Assembly (NCBI GenBank): GCA_051439505.1
Contig: JBFRWI010000035.1
Coordinates: forward strand, 1 to 21,380
Source: Hormoscilla sp.
GTDB lineage: Bacteria > Cyanobacteriota > Cyanobacteriia > Cyanobacteriales > Desertifilaceae
Reading direction: 5' to 3'
DNA: 21,380 nucleotides
The notes beneath the pieces are model-generated. The model saw nothing but the letters and a program-made list of their open reading frames with translations. It searched no databases and was not told the DNA's origin. Position 1 is the stretch's first letter, and each line of letters starts with the position of its first letter. Position numbers and translations under genes: made by a program. Below, piece by piece: positions 8,476-15,960 of this stretch.

Positions 8476-8663
8476 AAAAGATTGCTGATTTTATCGTGGC
8501 GACGAAGTTAACGACAGCTGTATCCCAGAGAGTGACTCCACTTTGGCAAAAGATGACACCGGAAGAAAGGGCTAGGGATTTCCGAGAATGGGTATCGCAA
8601 CTGACCGTAAATAGTCCGAGCTTATCAGATATAGATATTAGCAGAGACAGCATTTATGAATGA
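8456..8663 (+). pseudogene. 3' fragment of the interrupted antitoxin-like gene
   Basis: GDQQLQKIADFI...WQKMTPEERARDFREWVSQL...PSLSDIDISRDSIYE*; no start codon of its own; the C-terminus resembles small proteins that precede PIN toxins. Confidence 0.75.
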
Positions 8664-8686
8664 TGACAAGATACCTACTGGTACTT
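8663..8686 (+). pseudogene. Stub of a PIN/VapC-like toxin gene
   Basis: TGATG overlap with the preceding stop; ATG ACA AGA TAC CTA CTG G-T ACT reads MTRYLL(D)T if one base is restored; abuts the promoter of ncRNA unit 3. Confidence 0.5.
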
Positions 8687-8693
8687 TCAAGGT

Positions 8694-8768
8694 ATTCTTC
8701 GGTGTGAGAATGTAAAGAAATATAAAGAGGGGTTGACAGTTGGCTTGGCGAATTGCTAGATTAGATAT
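8694..8768 (+). promoter_or_regulatory. Promoter of repeated ncRNA unit 3
   Basis: -35 TTGACA 8733-8738, TGn + TAGATT 8757-8762; AATGTAAA-GA-AATATAAA 8709-8726. Confidence 0.8.
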
Positions 8769-8971
8769 ATGGACGCCAAAGAGATAAGCAGAGCGATCTA
8801 GACCAGGCGTCTCCAGTCTAGAACGCAGAGCGCAGCCAACAGAACAGCTGCTGATTAGCAAACCCTTAGTTGTTGAAAACCACTCGTACTTTCTCATCAT
8901 TTCACACTGGAAAACAAACACGATCTTCAAGAAATGGGTCTAGCCGCCGCCGGTTAGGCCCTTCGAGTTTT
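8769..8971 (+). ncRNA. Putative structured ncRNA, copy 3 (about 200 nt, internal domain missing)
   Basis: GACGCC 8772-8777 pairs with loop GGCGTC 8806-8811 of TCTAGAC/GTCTAGA stem; GCAGC 8832-8836 / GCTGC 8847-8851 closes only 10 nt; 3' hairpin GGGTCTAGCCG-CCGC-CGGTTAGGCCC 8936-8961. Confidence 0.72.
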
Positions 8972-8996
8972 AAAAGACAGATGATAAAAAAACTGT

Positions 8997-9572
8997 ATGT
9001 ATGATTTGAGGCTGTTGCTGTGGTGGGCCTTGGCCAATGGTCTCGGTGGGGCGATCGTCGGTTTTATGGAAGCCTGGCGTTTTCAGTTTCTCGCTACCTT
9101 GGTACTGATGGGACCGATCGTGGGAATTTGTCAATGGTTGGTTCTGCGTCGTTACCTGGGAAAAGTCCGCTGGTGGCCGATCGCCACGACCTTCGGCTGG
9201 CTATTGGCAATGCAAATAACTATCAGGGCAAGAGATATTCTCGATCCCATAATAAATTATCTTTACACAGTCGGTGGCCTATGGGAAGTATTTTGGCTGA
9301 ATGCAGTTCAGACTCCCGTGACCCTAGCAGTCCTGGCCGTTGTGCAATGGTTGGTTCTGCGTCCGAGAGGTCCGAATGCTGGTTTGTGGGTTTTGGCCAG
9401 CGCGGTGGGTGGTGTGTTTAATGGTGCGATCGGGGCGACAATGTGTGCTAAAGTATGTAGTCTGCTGGCAGTTGGTGTAGGGTTAGGAATATCTCAAGGA
9501 CTGGGTTGGTTAGCCTATGGAGTTGTCACGGGTGTAGTTTTAATCCGGTTTTTGGCAAAGAAAAACAAGTAA
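8997..9572 (+). CDS. Hypothetical membrane protein
   Basis: 191 aa, several hydrophobic Gly/Trp-rich segments, internal repeat QWLVLR. Confidence 0.8.
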   Translation: MYDLRLLLWWALANGLGGAIVGFMEAWRFQFLATLVLMGPIVGICQWLVLRRYLGKVRWWPIATTFGWLLAMQITIRARDILDPIINYLYTVGGLWEVFWLNAVQTPVTLAVLAVVQWLVLRPRGPNAGLWVLASAVGGVFNGAIGATMCAKVCSLLAVGVGLGISQGLGWLAYGVVTGVVLIRFLAKKNK

Positions 9573-9591
9573 TATTTCGCGGTCATCCCTC

Positions 9592-9774
9592 ATGAAAAAG
9601 CAGAAAAAGTTTGATTGCGTGCAAATGAAATGGGACATCCAGAAGAAACTTGCTGAAGAGTTCGCTGGAGTACCGGAGTGGGAAGCACGGAAAATTCAAA
9701 TGGAAAGAGTGCTTGCTAATCCAATTATAGGACGTATATTCAGAGAAGCAAAGGTGATTGAACTCAGAATTTAG
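9592..9774 (+). CDS. Small hypothetical protein, possibly antitoxin-like
   Basis: 60 aa with KKFDCVQMKWDIQ N-terminal motif; no partner ORF seen. Confidence 0.6.
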   Translation: MKKQKKFDCVQMKWDIQKKLAEEFAGVPEWEARKIQMERVLANPIIGRIFREAKVIELRI

Positions 9775-9908
9775 TTCCGAAATCATATAACATCATTGGC
9801 GATCGCGCAGGGACTTAACTGTGGGCAACCTTACGCGATCGTGCATTCATACAAGGGCGATCGCCCGCTAGAAATTGGTAACATTTATGTGACATTTGGG
9901 CAGGGACC

Positions 9909-9969
9909 GGGGCACGGCGCTAGTAACATTTTCATCTTTACCGATAATCTGCGGATGCCGTGCCCCTAC
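9909..9969. repeat. REP-like element family A, copy 1
   Basis: GGGGCACGGC 9909-9918 / GCCGTGCCCC 9957-9966; ACCGATAATCTG-N3-ATGCCGTGCCCCTAC shared with 20793-20855. Confidence 0.8.
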
Positions 9970-10234
9970 ATTATCTTGATGAGCGATCGCTGGGAATTGG
10001 TAACATTTTCATCTGGCTGTGGGATAAAAATTGTAACATTTTGAATTGCGCCTTTAAGCAGGGGAGTCTCCTTTGTCTCCTTTTGTTGCCATACTGCGAT
10101 CGCAAGAACTATTGAAATGACTGTAGCATTATATAGCAATTACCAATTATTTGTGAAAGTTTAGAAACATGTTTTCGCCGAATTTACCCTGGTTTTGGGA
10201 ATATTTGAGATCAGCAATTATGAGCAGAATATGT

Positions 10235-10292
10235 TATTAGTCGGTTTCAACCGACTTTAGCTATTAGCAGGGGGTGGGATACCCCCTGCGGG
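10235..10292 (-). repeat. Double-hairpin repeat family B, inverted copy
   Basis: Diverged reverse complement of 12564-12622; contains AGTCGGTT-TC-AACCGACT. Confidence 0.85.
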
Positions 10293-10429
10293 ATAAGGCG
10301 ATCGACGACAGACTCTGTATGGGACAAAAATTACGGATATTGCCAGGGTTGAACCAAACTTGATATAATCATCCAGTCGGTGTCCATCGGACAGTAAACT
10401 ATGGAAACTAGCCCATTAACTCCAATCTC

Positions 10430-12550
10430 ATGCCAACATTCCTATTAGAAGTCGGTACAGAAGAATTACCCGCAGATTTTCTGGATAATGCTTTACAACA
10501 ATGGCGGGACCGCCTCCCCCAGTCCCTGGCGGACCAACTCCTCACCCCAGAAACCCTGGAACTGTACGCCACGCCCCGCCGCCTGGCCTTACTCCTGAAG
10601 GGTTTGCCCGCCCGGCAACCGGACCGGGAAGAGGAGGTGAAAGGCCCCCCTGCGAAAGCGGCCTTCAAGGATGGCAAACCCACTAAAGCCGCAGAAGGGT
10701 TTGCCCGCAAGCAGGGAGTGGCAGTTGAGGCCCTGGAAGTGCGACCTACCGAGAAAGGCGATTTTGTCTTCCTGCGCAAGCAAATTACCGGACGCCCTGC
10801 TGCGGAAATTCTCACGGAACTGGTCCCCCAATGGATTTTTGCCCTGGAGGGGAGGCGGTTCATGCGCTGGGCCGATGGAGATTTGCGCTTTCCTCGCCCC
10901 ATCCGCTGGTTGGTGACTTTGTTGGACGACCAAGTGCTGCCCATCATGTGGGAAAATGGTGGCGAAACCGTGAAGAGCGATCGCATCTCAGTGGGTCATC
11001 GGGTATTGCATCCCGAACCCGTAACCGTTCCCCAGGCAAGTGATTATGTGGAATGCCTGGGTTCTGCCTATATAGAAGTTGACCCCACTCAGCGTCAGAC
11101 TAAGATCGAACGGGATGTAGAAGCTGCTGCCCAAAAGCTGAATGGTTACGCGGAAATATCCCCCGAATTATTGCAGGAAGTGACTAACTTGGTCGAATAC
11201 CCCACCGCAGTAGTAGGGAAATTTGACCCGGAATTTTTGCAGTTGCCTGCCGAAGTCAGCACCACGGTGATGGTGAAGCACCAACGGTATTTTCCGGTGT
11301 TGAAAAACCAGGAAACTCGGGAACTACTCCCCTATTTTATCACCGTTAGTAATGGGAACCCAGCTGCATCAGATGTAATAGCCGCTGGGAACGAACGAGT
11401 CATCCGCGCCAGATTAGCAGATGCCCAGTTCTTTTATAAAGCAGATCTGGCCCAACCCCTGGAAAACTATTTGCCCCAGCTGGAAAAAGTTACCTTTCAG
11501 GAAGATTTGGGGTCGGTACGGTTAAAGGTCGATCGCCTGAGTGAGAACGCCCGGAAAATTGCCCGACAGTTGCAACTCTCGGCAGCCGAAACCGGTATAA
11601 TAGAAAGGGCAGCATTACTCTGCAAAGCAGACTTGGTAACCCAGATGGTGTACGAGTTTCCCGAATTGCAAGGTGTAATGGGAGAAAAATACGCTCGCGC
11701 TTGCCAAGAACCCGAAGCAGTCGCCAAGGCAATTTACGAACATTATTTACCCCGAGGCGCGGGAGATAAATTGCCCCAGACGATCGCGGGTCAAGTGGTG
11801 GGGTTAGCAGATAGACTGGATACCTTGGTAAGTATCTTCAGTTTGGGCATGATGCCCACGGGTTCCGGAGATCCCTTCGCCCTGCGGCGGGCCGCTAATG
11901 CGATCGTCAACATTACTTGGGCAGGAAATTTAGCCATTAACCTCAAGGAACTGCTGACAGAAATAGCCCAAAAACCGGAATTAATTGCCTTATTGGCAGA
12001 ATTTTTCCTGCAACGCCTTCGTACCCAGTTGCAAGAGGAACGGGCCATAGATTACGATCTCGTTAATGCTGTCCTGGGGGAAAATGACCCAGAATACGCC
12101 GATCGGGCCTTGCAGGATTTGCTCGACCTGCGCGATCGGGCCTTATTCCTGCAAGAAATACGCAATAACGGCCAATTAGATGCCATTTACGAAACGGTGA
12201 ACCGTTCCACCCGTTTAGGGGCCCAAGGAGATTTAGATACAGTCAAGTTGGAACCGCAAGGGTTGGTAAACCCCGAACTGTTTGAGAAATCTTCAGAACA
12301 AGCATTCCTGGATGCGATAGTCGAGTTAGTACCCAAAACCAAGGCATCCCAAGCAACGCGAAATTATCAGCAATTAGTGGATGCTTTGAGCGAAATTGCA
12401 CCAAAAGTAAGTCGTTTTTTCGACGGCGAAGACAGCGTGTTAGTGATGGATAAGAACCCGGAAATTCGGCGCAACCGCCTGAATTTGCTGGGGTTACTGC
12501 GGAATCACGCTCGCGTGTTAGCAGATTTTGGTGCTATAGTTAAGGGGTGA
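10430..12550 (+). CDS. glyS: Glycine--tRNA ligase beta subunit
   Basis: 706 aa; [70 protein letters not shown]. Confidence 0.98.
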   Translation: MPTFLLEVGTEELPADFLDNALQQWRDRLPQSLADQLLTPETLELYATPRRLALLLKGLPARQPDREEEVKGPPAKAAFKDGKPTKAAEGFARKQGVAVEALEVRPTEKGDFVFLRKQITGRPAAEILTELVPQWIFALEGRRFMRWADGDLRFPRPIRWLVTLLDDQVLPIMWENGGETVKSDRISVGHRVLHPEPVTVPQASDYVECLGSAYIEVDPTQRQTKIERDVEAAAQKLNGYAEISPELLQEVTNLVEYPTAVVGKFDPEFLQLPAEVSTTVMVKHQRYFPVLKNQETRELLPYFITVSNGNPAASDVIAAGNERVIRARLADAQFFYKADLAQPLENYLPQLEKVTFQEDLGSVRLKVDRLSENARKIARQLQLSAAETGIIERAALLCKADLVTQMVYEFPELQGVMGEKYARACQEPEAVAKAIYEHYLPRGAGDKLPQTIAGQVVGLADRLDTLVSIFSLGMMPTGSGDPFALRRAANAIVNITWAGNLAINLKELLTEIAQKPELIALLAEFFLQRLRTQLQEERAIDYDLVNAVLGENDPEYADRALQDLLDLRDRALFLQEIRNNGQLDAIYETVNRSTRLGAQGDLDTVKLEPQGLVNPELFEKSSEQAFLDAIVELVPKTKASQATRNYQQLVDALSEIAPKVSRFFDGEDSVLVMDKNPEIRRNRLNLLGLLRNHARVLADFGAIVKG

Positions 12551-12563
12551 AGATTAGTCTCAT

Positions 12564-12622
12564 AGCCCGCCGGGGGTTCAAACCCCCGGCTAATAGCTAA
12601 AGTCGGTTAAAACCGACTAATA
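12564..12622 (+). repeat. Double-hairpin repeat family B
   Basis: AGCCCGCCGGGGGTTCAAACCCCCGGCTAATAGCTAAAGTCGGTTAAAACCGACTAATA; near-identical to 17827-17891. Confidence 0.9.
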
Positions 12623-12727
12623 CCATAAAAAAGGTAGCGCAACGTAGGTTGGGTTGAGGTACGAAACCCAACTGGGAAGGCATGTTTTGTTTCGTACCGT
12701 TAAATTAAACCTGGAGATTTATATAAT

Positions 12728-12934
12728 ATGAAATTTGCCGATCTTGTCGAGGCAATTAAAAGTATTTCAATTGAGTAAAAAGAAGAGATTAAAGTCGTAC
12801 TAAATCAGGATATTCGGGAGGAACGTCGTGAGAGGATCTATGAAAAATTCAAACTTGCTAAGATTGAAGAACAGCAAGGGTAACTCAAATTTACCTCTAA
12901 TATGCGAGAATTGCGTGCAATGTTGGAGGAGTAA
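12728..12934 (+). pseudogene. Antitoxin-like gene with two premature stops
   Basis: MKFADLVEAIKSISIE*KEEIKVVLNQDIREERRERIYEKFKLAKIEEQQG*LKFTSNMRELRAMLEE; in-frame TAA at 12776 and 12881. Confidence 0.75.
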
Positions 12935-12936
12935 AA

Positions 12937-12990
12937 TTGGAAGTGAGTTTTAGCTCATGGTTCAAACGCGCAAAAGTTCGTAATGGGTAA
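12937..12990 (+). pseudogene. Stub of a YafQ/RelE-like toxin
   Basis: (M)EVSFSSWFKRA directly after the antitoxin-like gene, matching the S-x-FKR N-terminus of YafQ-type toxins; stops after 17 codons. Confidence 0.6.
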
Positions 12991-13087
12991 TATCAATTGC
13001 CTGTTGGGTTTCGCTGAGGCTCAACCAAACCTACGGCATTAAGGTTAATTATCCGAATGTGATAGAATATTGTCAATCAGTTTTAGC

Positions 13088-13246
13088 TCATCGTTTGCCC
13101 GCAATGTTGAGGCGGATCCGGTAGATGCTATTTCTGGCAGTAATGTAAAGGGTTTTGTAGTCCAGATCGCCCCAAGTTAGGTTAACGGTAATCTCTGGTA
13201 CATTAATCTTGCCCAGCAGTTGTCCAGAGGGCGAGAAAACCCACAC
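13088..13246 (-). pseudogene. C-terminal remnant of an SMP-30/gluconolactonase family gene
   Basis: VWVFSPSGQLLGKINVPEITVNLTW, 1-bp frameshift, then DLDYKTLYITARNSIYRIRLNIAGKR*. Confidence 0.8.
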
Positions 13247-13379
13247 GAATCTTTATCATGCTTTATCATGTTAACTAGCTTCTGGCTTGATTCGATCGGC
13301 CCGATCGCAAAAACCGGGTGGTTGAATATTTAGGCAATTTGGGCTACAATGTGAGAACAGCATAGCTTCCAGCACAACC

Positions 13380-14345
13380 ATGACGAAAAAAACAACTAGG
13401 CGCAATTTCATCATCGCCGGGGCCGCAACGGCAGGTAGCATCGCCATGGGCGCTGCCAACAAACATCAAATAGCTGCCTCGCAAAGATCCACCATGCCAG
13501 AACGTATCTTAGGAAAAACGGGTGTTAGGGTACCGGTATTCGGTCTCGGAGGCGCGGGGAAAACCCCCCTCTCAAAACCCGGACAGGAACGAGAGGCCCG
13601 AGAGATTATCGAAAAGGCGATCGCCCTGGGGATTCGTTACTTCGACACCGCCGCAGATTCACCCTACGGCCCCAGTGAGGATAATTTGGGCAAGGTATTG
13701 CCCGCCTATAGAAAGAATGTATTTTTAGCAAGCAAGACCGATGGGCGCGATCGGGATGGTGCTTGGCGAGACTTAGAGCGATCGCTCCGACGTTTAAACA
13801 CAGATTACCTCGACCTCTGGCAGATGCACCACGTTTCCTTTATGGAGACCTTAGACGAGATGTTCGGCAAGAACGGGGCGATCGAGGCCCTCGAAGAAGC
13901 CAAAGAACAAGGCATAGTCCGCTATTCGGGCATCACCGGCCACCACGAACCGGATGTCATTGCCGAAGGTTTGCGGCGCTATCCCTTCGATACGACTTTG
14001 GTCTCCCTAAATGCTGCGGACGTACACCATCCCCGTCCCTTCGCGCCAGTAGTATTGCCAGTGGCGAAGCAGAACAATGTGGGAGTTATTGCCATGAAAG
14101 TACCCGCTTACGGTCGCATTTTCAAGCCCGGAGTCTTGGATAACATGTCCCAAGCCATGGGATACGTACTATCCCTCGATGGAGTGCATTGTTGTATTAT
14201 CGCAGCAGAGTCGGTAGCGCAGTTAGAGTCGAACTTCCGGGTCGCGCAACAGTTTAAGCCCTTGAGTCGCCCAGAGATGGTCGCGATCGAGGGGCGGACA
14301 GCTAATGCCTGGCAGGATAATAGCTTTTTCCGGGCTTGGACATAA
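13380..14345 (+). CDS. Aldo/keto reductase with twin-arginine signal
   Basis: 321 aa; TRRNF plus hydrophobic stretch; GLGG, YFDTA...YG.SE, ASK, SLRRLNTDYLDLWQMH. Confidence 0.93.
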   Translation: MTKKTTRRNFIIAGAATAGSIAMGAANKHQIAASQRSTMPERILGKTGVRVPVFGLGGAGKTPLSKPGQEREAREIIEKAIALGIRYFDTAADSPYGPSEDNLGKVLPAYRKNVFLASKTDGRDRDGAWRDLERSLRRLNTDYLDLWQMHHVSFMETLDEMFGKNGAIEALEEAKEQGIVRYSGITGHHEPDVIAEGLRRYPFDTTLVSLNAADVHHPRPFAPVVLPVAKQNNVGVIAMKVPAYGRIFKPGVLDNMSQAMGYVLSLDGVHCCIIAAESVAQLESNFRVAQQFKPLSRPEMVAIEGRTANAWQDNSFFRAWT

Positions 14346-14453
14346 GGATTATTGCAGGATTAAATTATTAACAAATCCTAGCCAAAGAGTTCCCAGATTC
14401 AGACTGGGAAAGAGGATATATCTAGAGACGCGAGTGGAGAAAATCATCAATAT

Positions 14454-15809
14454 ATGGCTAATGCTCACGTTATCGGACTGGGAAAATCGGGAATAGCAGC
14501 AGCAAGACTGCTAAAACGGGAAGGATGGCAGGTGACTGCGAGCGATCGCTCATCGTCAGACAACCTGCGCCAACAGCAGCAGCAACTCCAGGGTGAAGGC
14601 ATAGCAGTACAGCTGAATTATGCCTTCGATCTGGCAGAAAAACCCCAGCTAATTGTTGTCAGTCCCGGGGTGCCTTGGGATGCACCTGTATTGGTCTCCG
14701 CGAGGGAGCAGAAAATTGAGACCATAGGAGAAATGGAACTGGCCTGGCGACATCTGAAATCTCGCCCCTGGGTTGCCATCACGGGCACGAACGGCAAAAC
14801 TACTACGACATCTTTAATTGCTGCTATCTTTCAAGCAGCAGGTCTTCAGGCCCCCGCCTGTGGTAATATCGGTTATGCTGCCTGTGAGTTGGCCTACCGA
14901 CCGGGTAAATCTCCAGATTGGATAATTGCCGAACTCAGCAGCTATCAAATCGAATCATCCCCGGGAGTTGCACCCCGAATTGGCGTCTGGACGACCTTTA
15001 CTCCCGACCATCTCAGTCGCCATCAAACCCTGGAAAATTATTACGATATTAAGGCAAGTCTGCTACAGCGATCGCAGCAGCAAGTCTTGAATGGGGACGA
15101 TGGCTATTTGCACCAGATGGGTTTAACTGCATGGGGTTCTGCTTGCTGGACTTCGCTGAAAGGTAAAGGAAATTTGTTGGGCGATCGGGCCCTGGGGGTA
15201 TACATTCAGGATCGATGGGTAATGGCCCAGGGGGAACCCATTGTCCCCGCCGGGGCCTTAAAGATGCCCGGGGAACACAATCAGCAAAATATGTTAATGG
15301 CGATCGGGGCGGCCAGATTGGCGGGGATAGAGAAAGAGGCGATCGCCCGGGCGATCGAAGAATTTCCCGGAGTACCCCATCGGTTAGAACTAATTAGAAC
15401 CTACCAGAACATTGACTTAATTAACGATAGCAAAGCGACTAACTACGACGCCGCCCAGGTAGGATTATCATCTGTAAATAGTCCGGCAATTTTGATTGCT
15501 GGGGGCCAAGCAAAGGAGGGAGACGATCTGCTATGGATGCAAACCATTAAAGGGAAGGCCGCAGCAGTATTACTCATTGGCGATGCTGCCGAACAGTTTG
15601 CCAAACGCTTGCAACAGGTCGGTTACGAGTCCTATGAAATTGTCGAAACTCTGGAGAAAGCGGTACCCAAAGCAGTAGAATTAGCAAAACAATGTCGGGC
15701 AAAAGTGGTCCTGCTTTCTCCCGCCTGCGCTAGTTTTGACCAGTATCGCAACTTTGAAGAACGGGGGGAACATTTCCGTCAACTTTGTCAGCAACTAGAG
15801 AGTATATAG
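14454..15809 (+). CDS. murD: UDP-N-acetylmuramoyl-L-alanine--D-glutamate ligase
   Basis: 451 aa; [56 protein letters not shown]. Confidence 0.98.
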   Translation: MANAHVIGLGKSGIAAARLLKREGWQVTASDRSSSDNLRQQQQQLQGEGIAVQLNYAFDLAEKPQLIVVSPGVPWDAPVLVSAREQKIETIGEMELAWRHLKSRPWVAITGTNGKTTTTSLIAAIFQAAGLQAPACGNIGYAACELAYRPGKSPDWIIAELSSYQIESSPGVAPRIGVWTTFTPDHLSRHQTLENYYDIKASLLQRSQQQVLNGDDGYLHQMGLTAWGSACWTSLKGKGNLLGDRALGVYIQDRWVMAQGEPIVPAGALKMPGEHNQQNMLMAIGAARLAGIEKEAIARAIEEFPGVPHRLELIRTYQNIDLINDSKATNYDAAQVGLSSVNSPAILIAGGQAKEGDDLLWMQTIKGKAAAVLLIGDAAEQFAKRLQQVGYESYEIVETLEKAVPKAVELAKQCRAKVVLLSPACASFDQYRNFEERGEHFRQLCQQLESI

Positions 15810-15843
15810 CAGTTTTATTGCTTAGTGTGATATGCTATTGGGG

Positions 15844-15919
15844 AGATTGCTTCGGGGGGGGGGTAACTCATAAAACATTAGGCGATCGCGGTTGTCCCCC
15901 CCCCCCTCGCAATGACAAT
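15844..15919. repeat. REP-like element family C (AGATTGCTTCG...CTCGCAATGACAA)
   Basis: G-run/C-run stem; diverged inverted match to 19909-19984 and direct match to 20000-20071. Confidence 0.85.
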
Positions 15920-15960
15920 AGGCGATGAAAACTAGACCACATCAATTTTAGAAACGCTAT

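Larger units (their letters stand above)
12643..13035. repeat. Inverted REP-like pair enclosing a TA pseudogene
   Basis: CGTAGGTTGGGTTGAG..CGAAACCCAAC (12643-12672) and GTTGGGTTTCG..CTCAACCAAACCTACG (13003-13035). Confidence 0.8.

Noticed and set aside
5688..8930. Minus-strand ORFs 5688-5981, 8288-8653 and 8625-8930
   Set aside because: Not conserved as frames among the three units; conservation follows the plus-strand promoter and RNA pairing
9796..10044. 82-aa ORF
   Set aside because: TTG start and made up of repeat sequence
12946..13091. 13-bp direct repeat AGTTTTAGCTCAT as a TSD
   Set aside because: Each copy sits within a different gene remnant and no element ends lie between them; may be chance or a recombination scar
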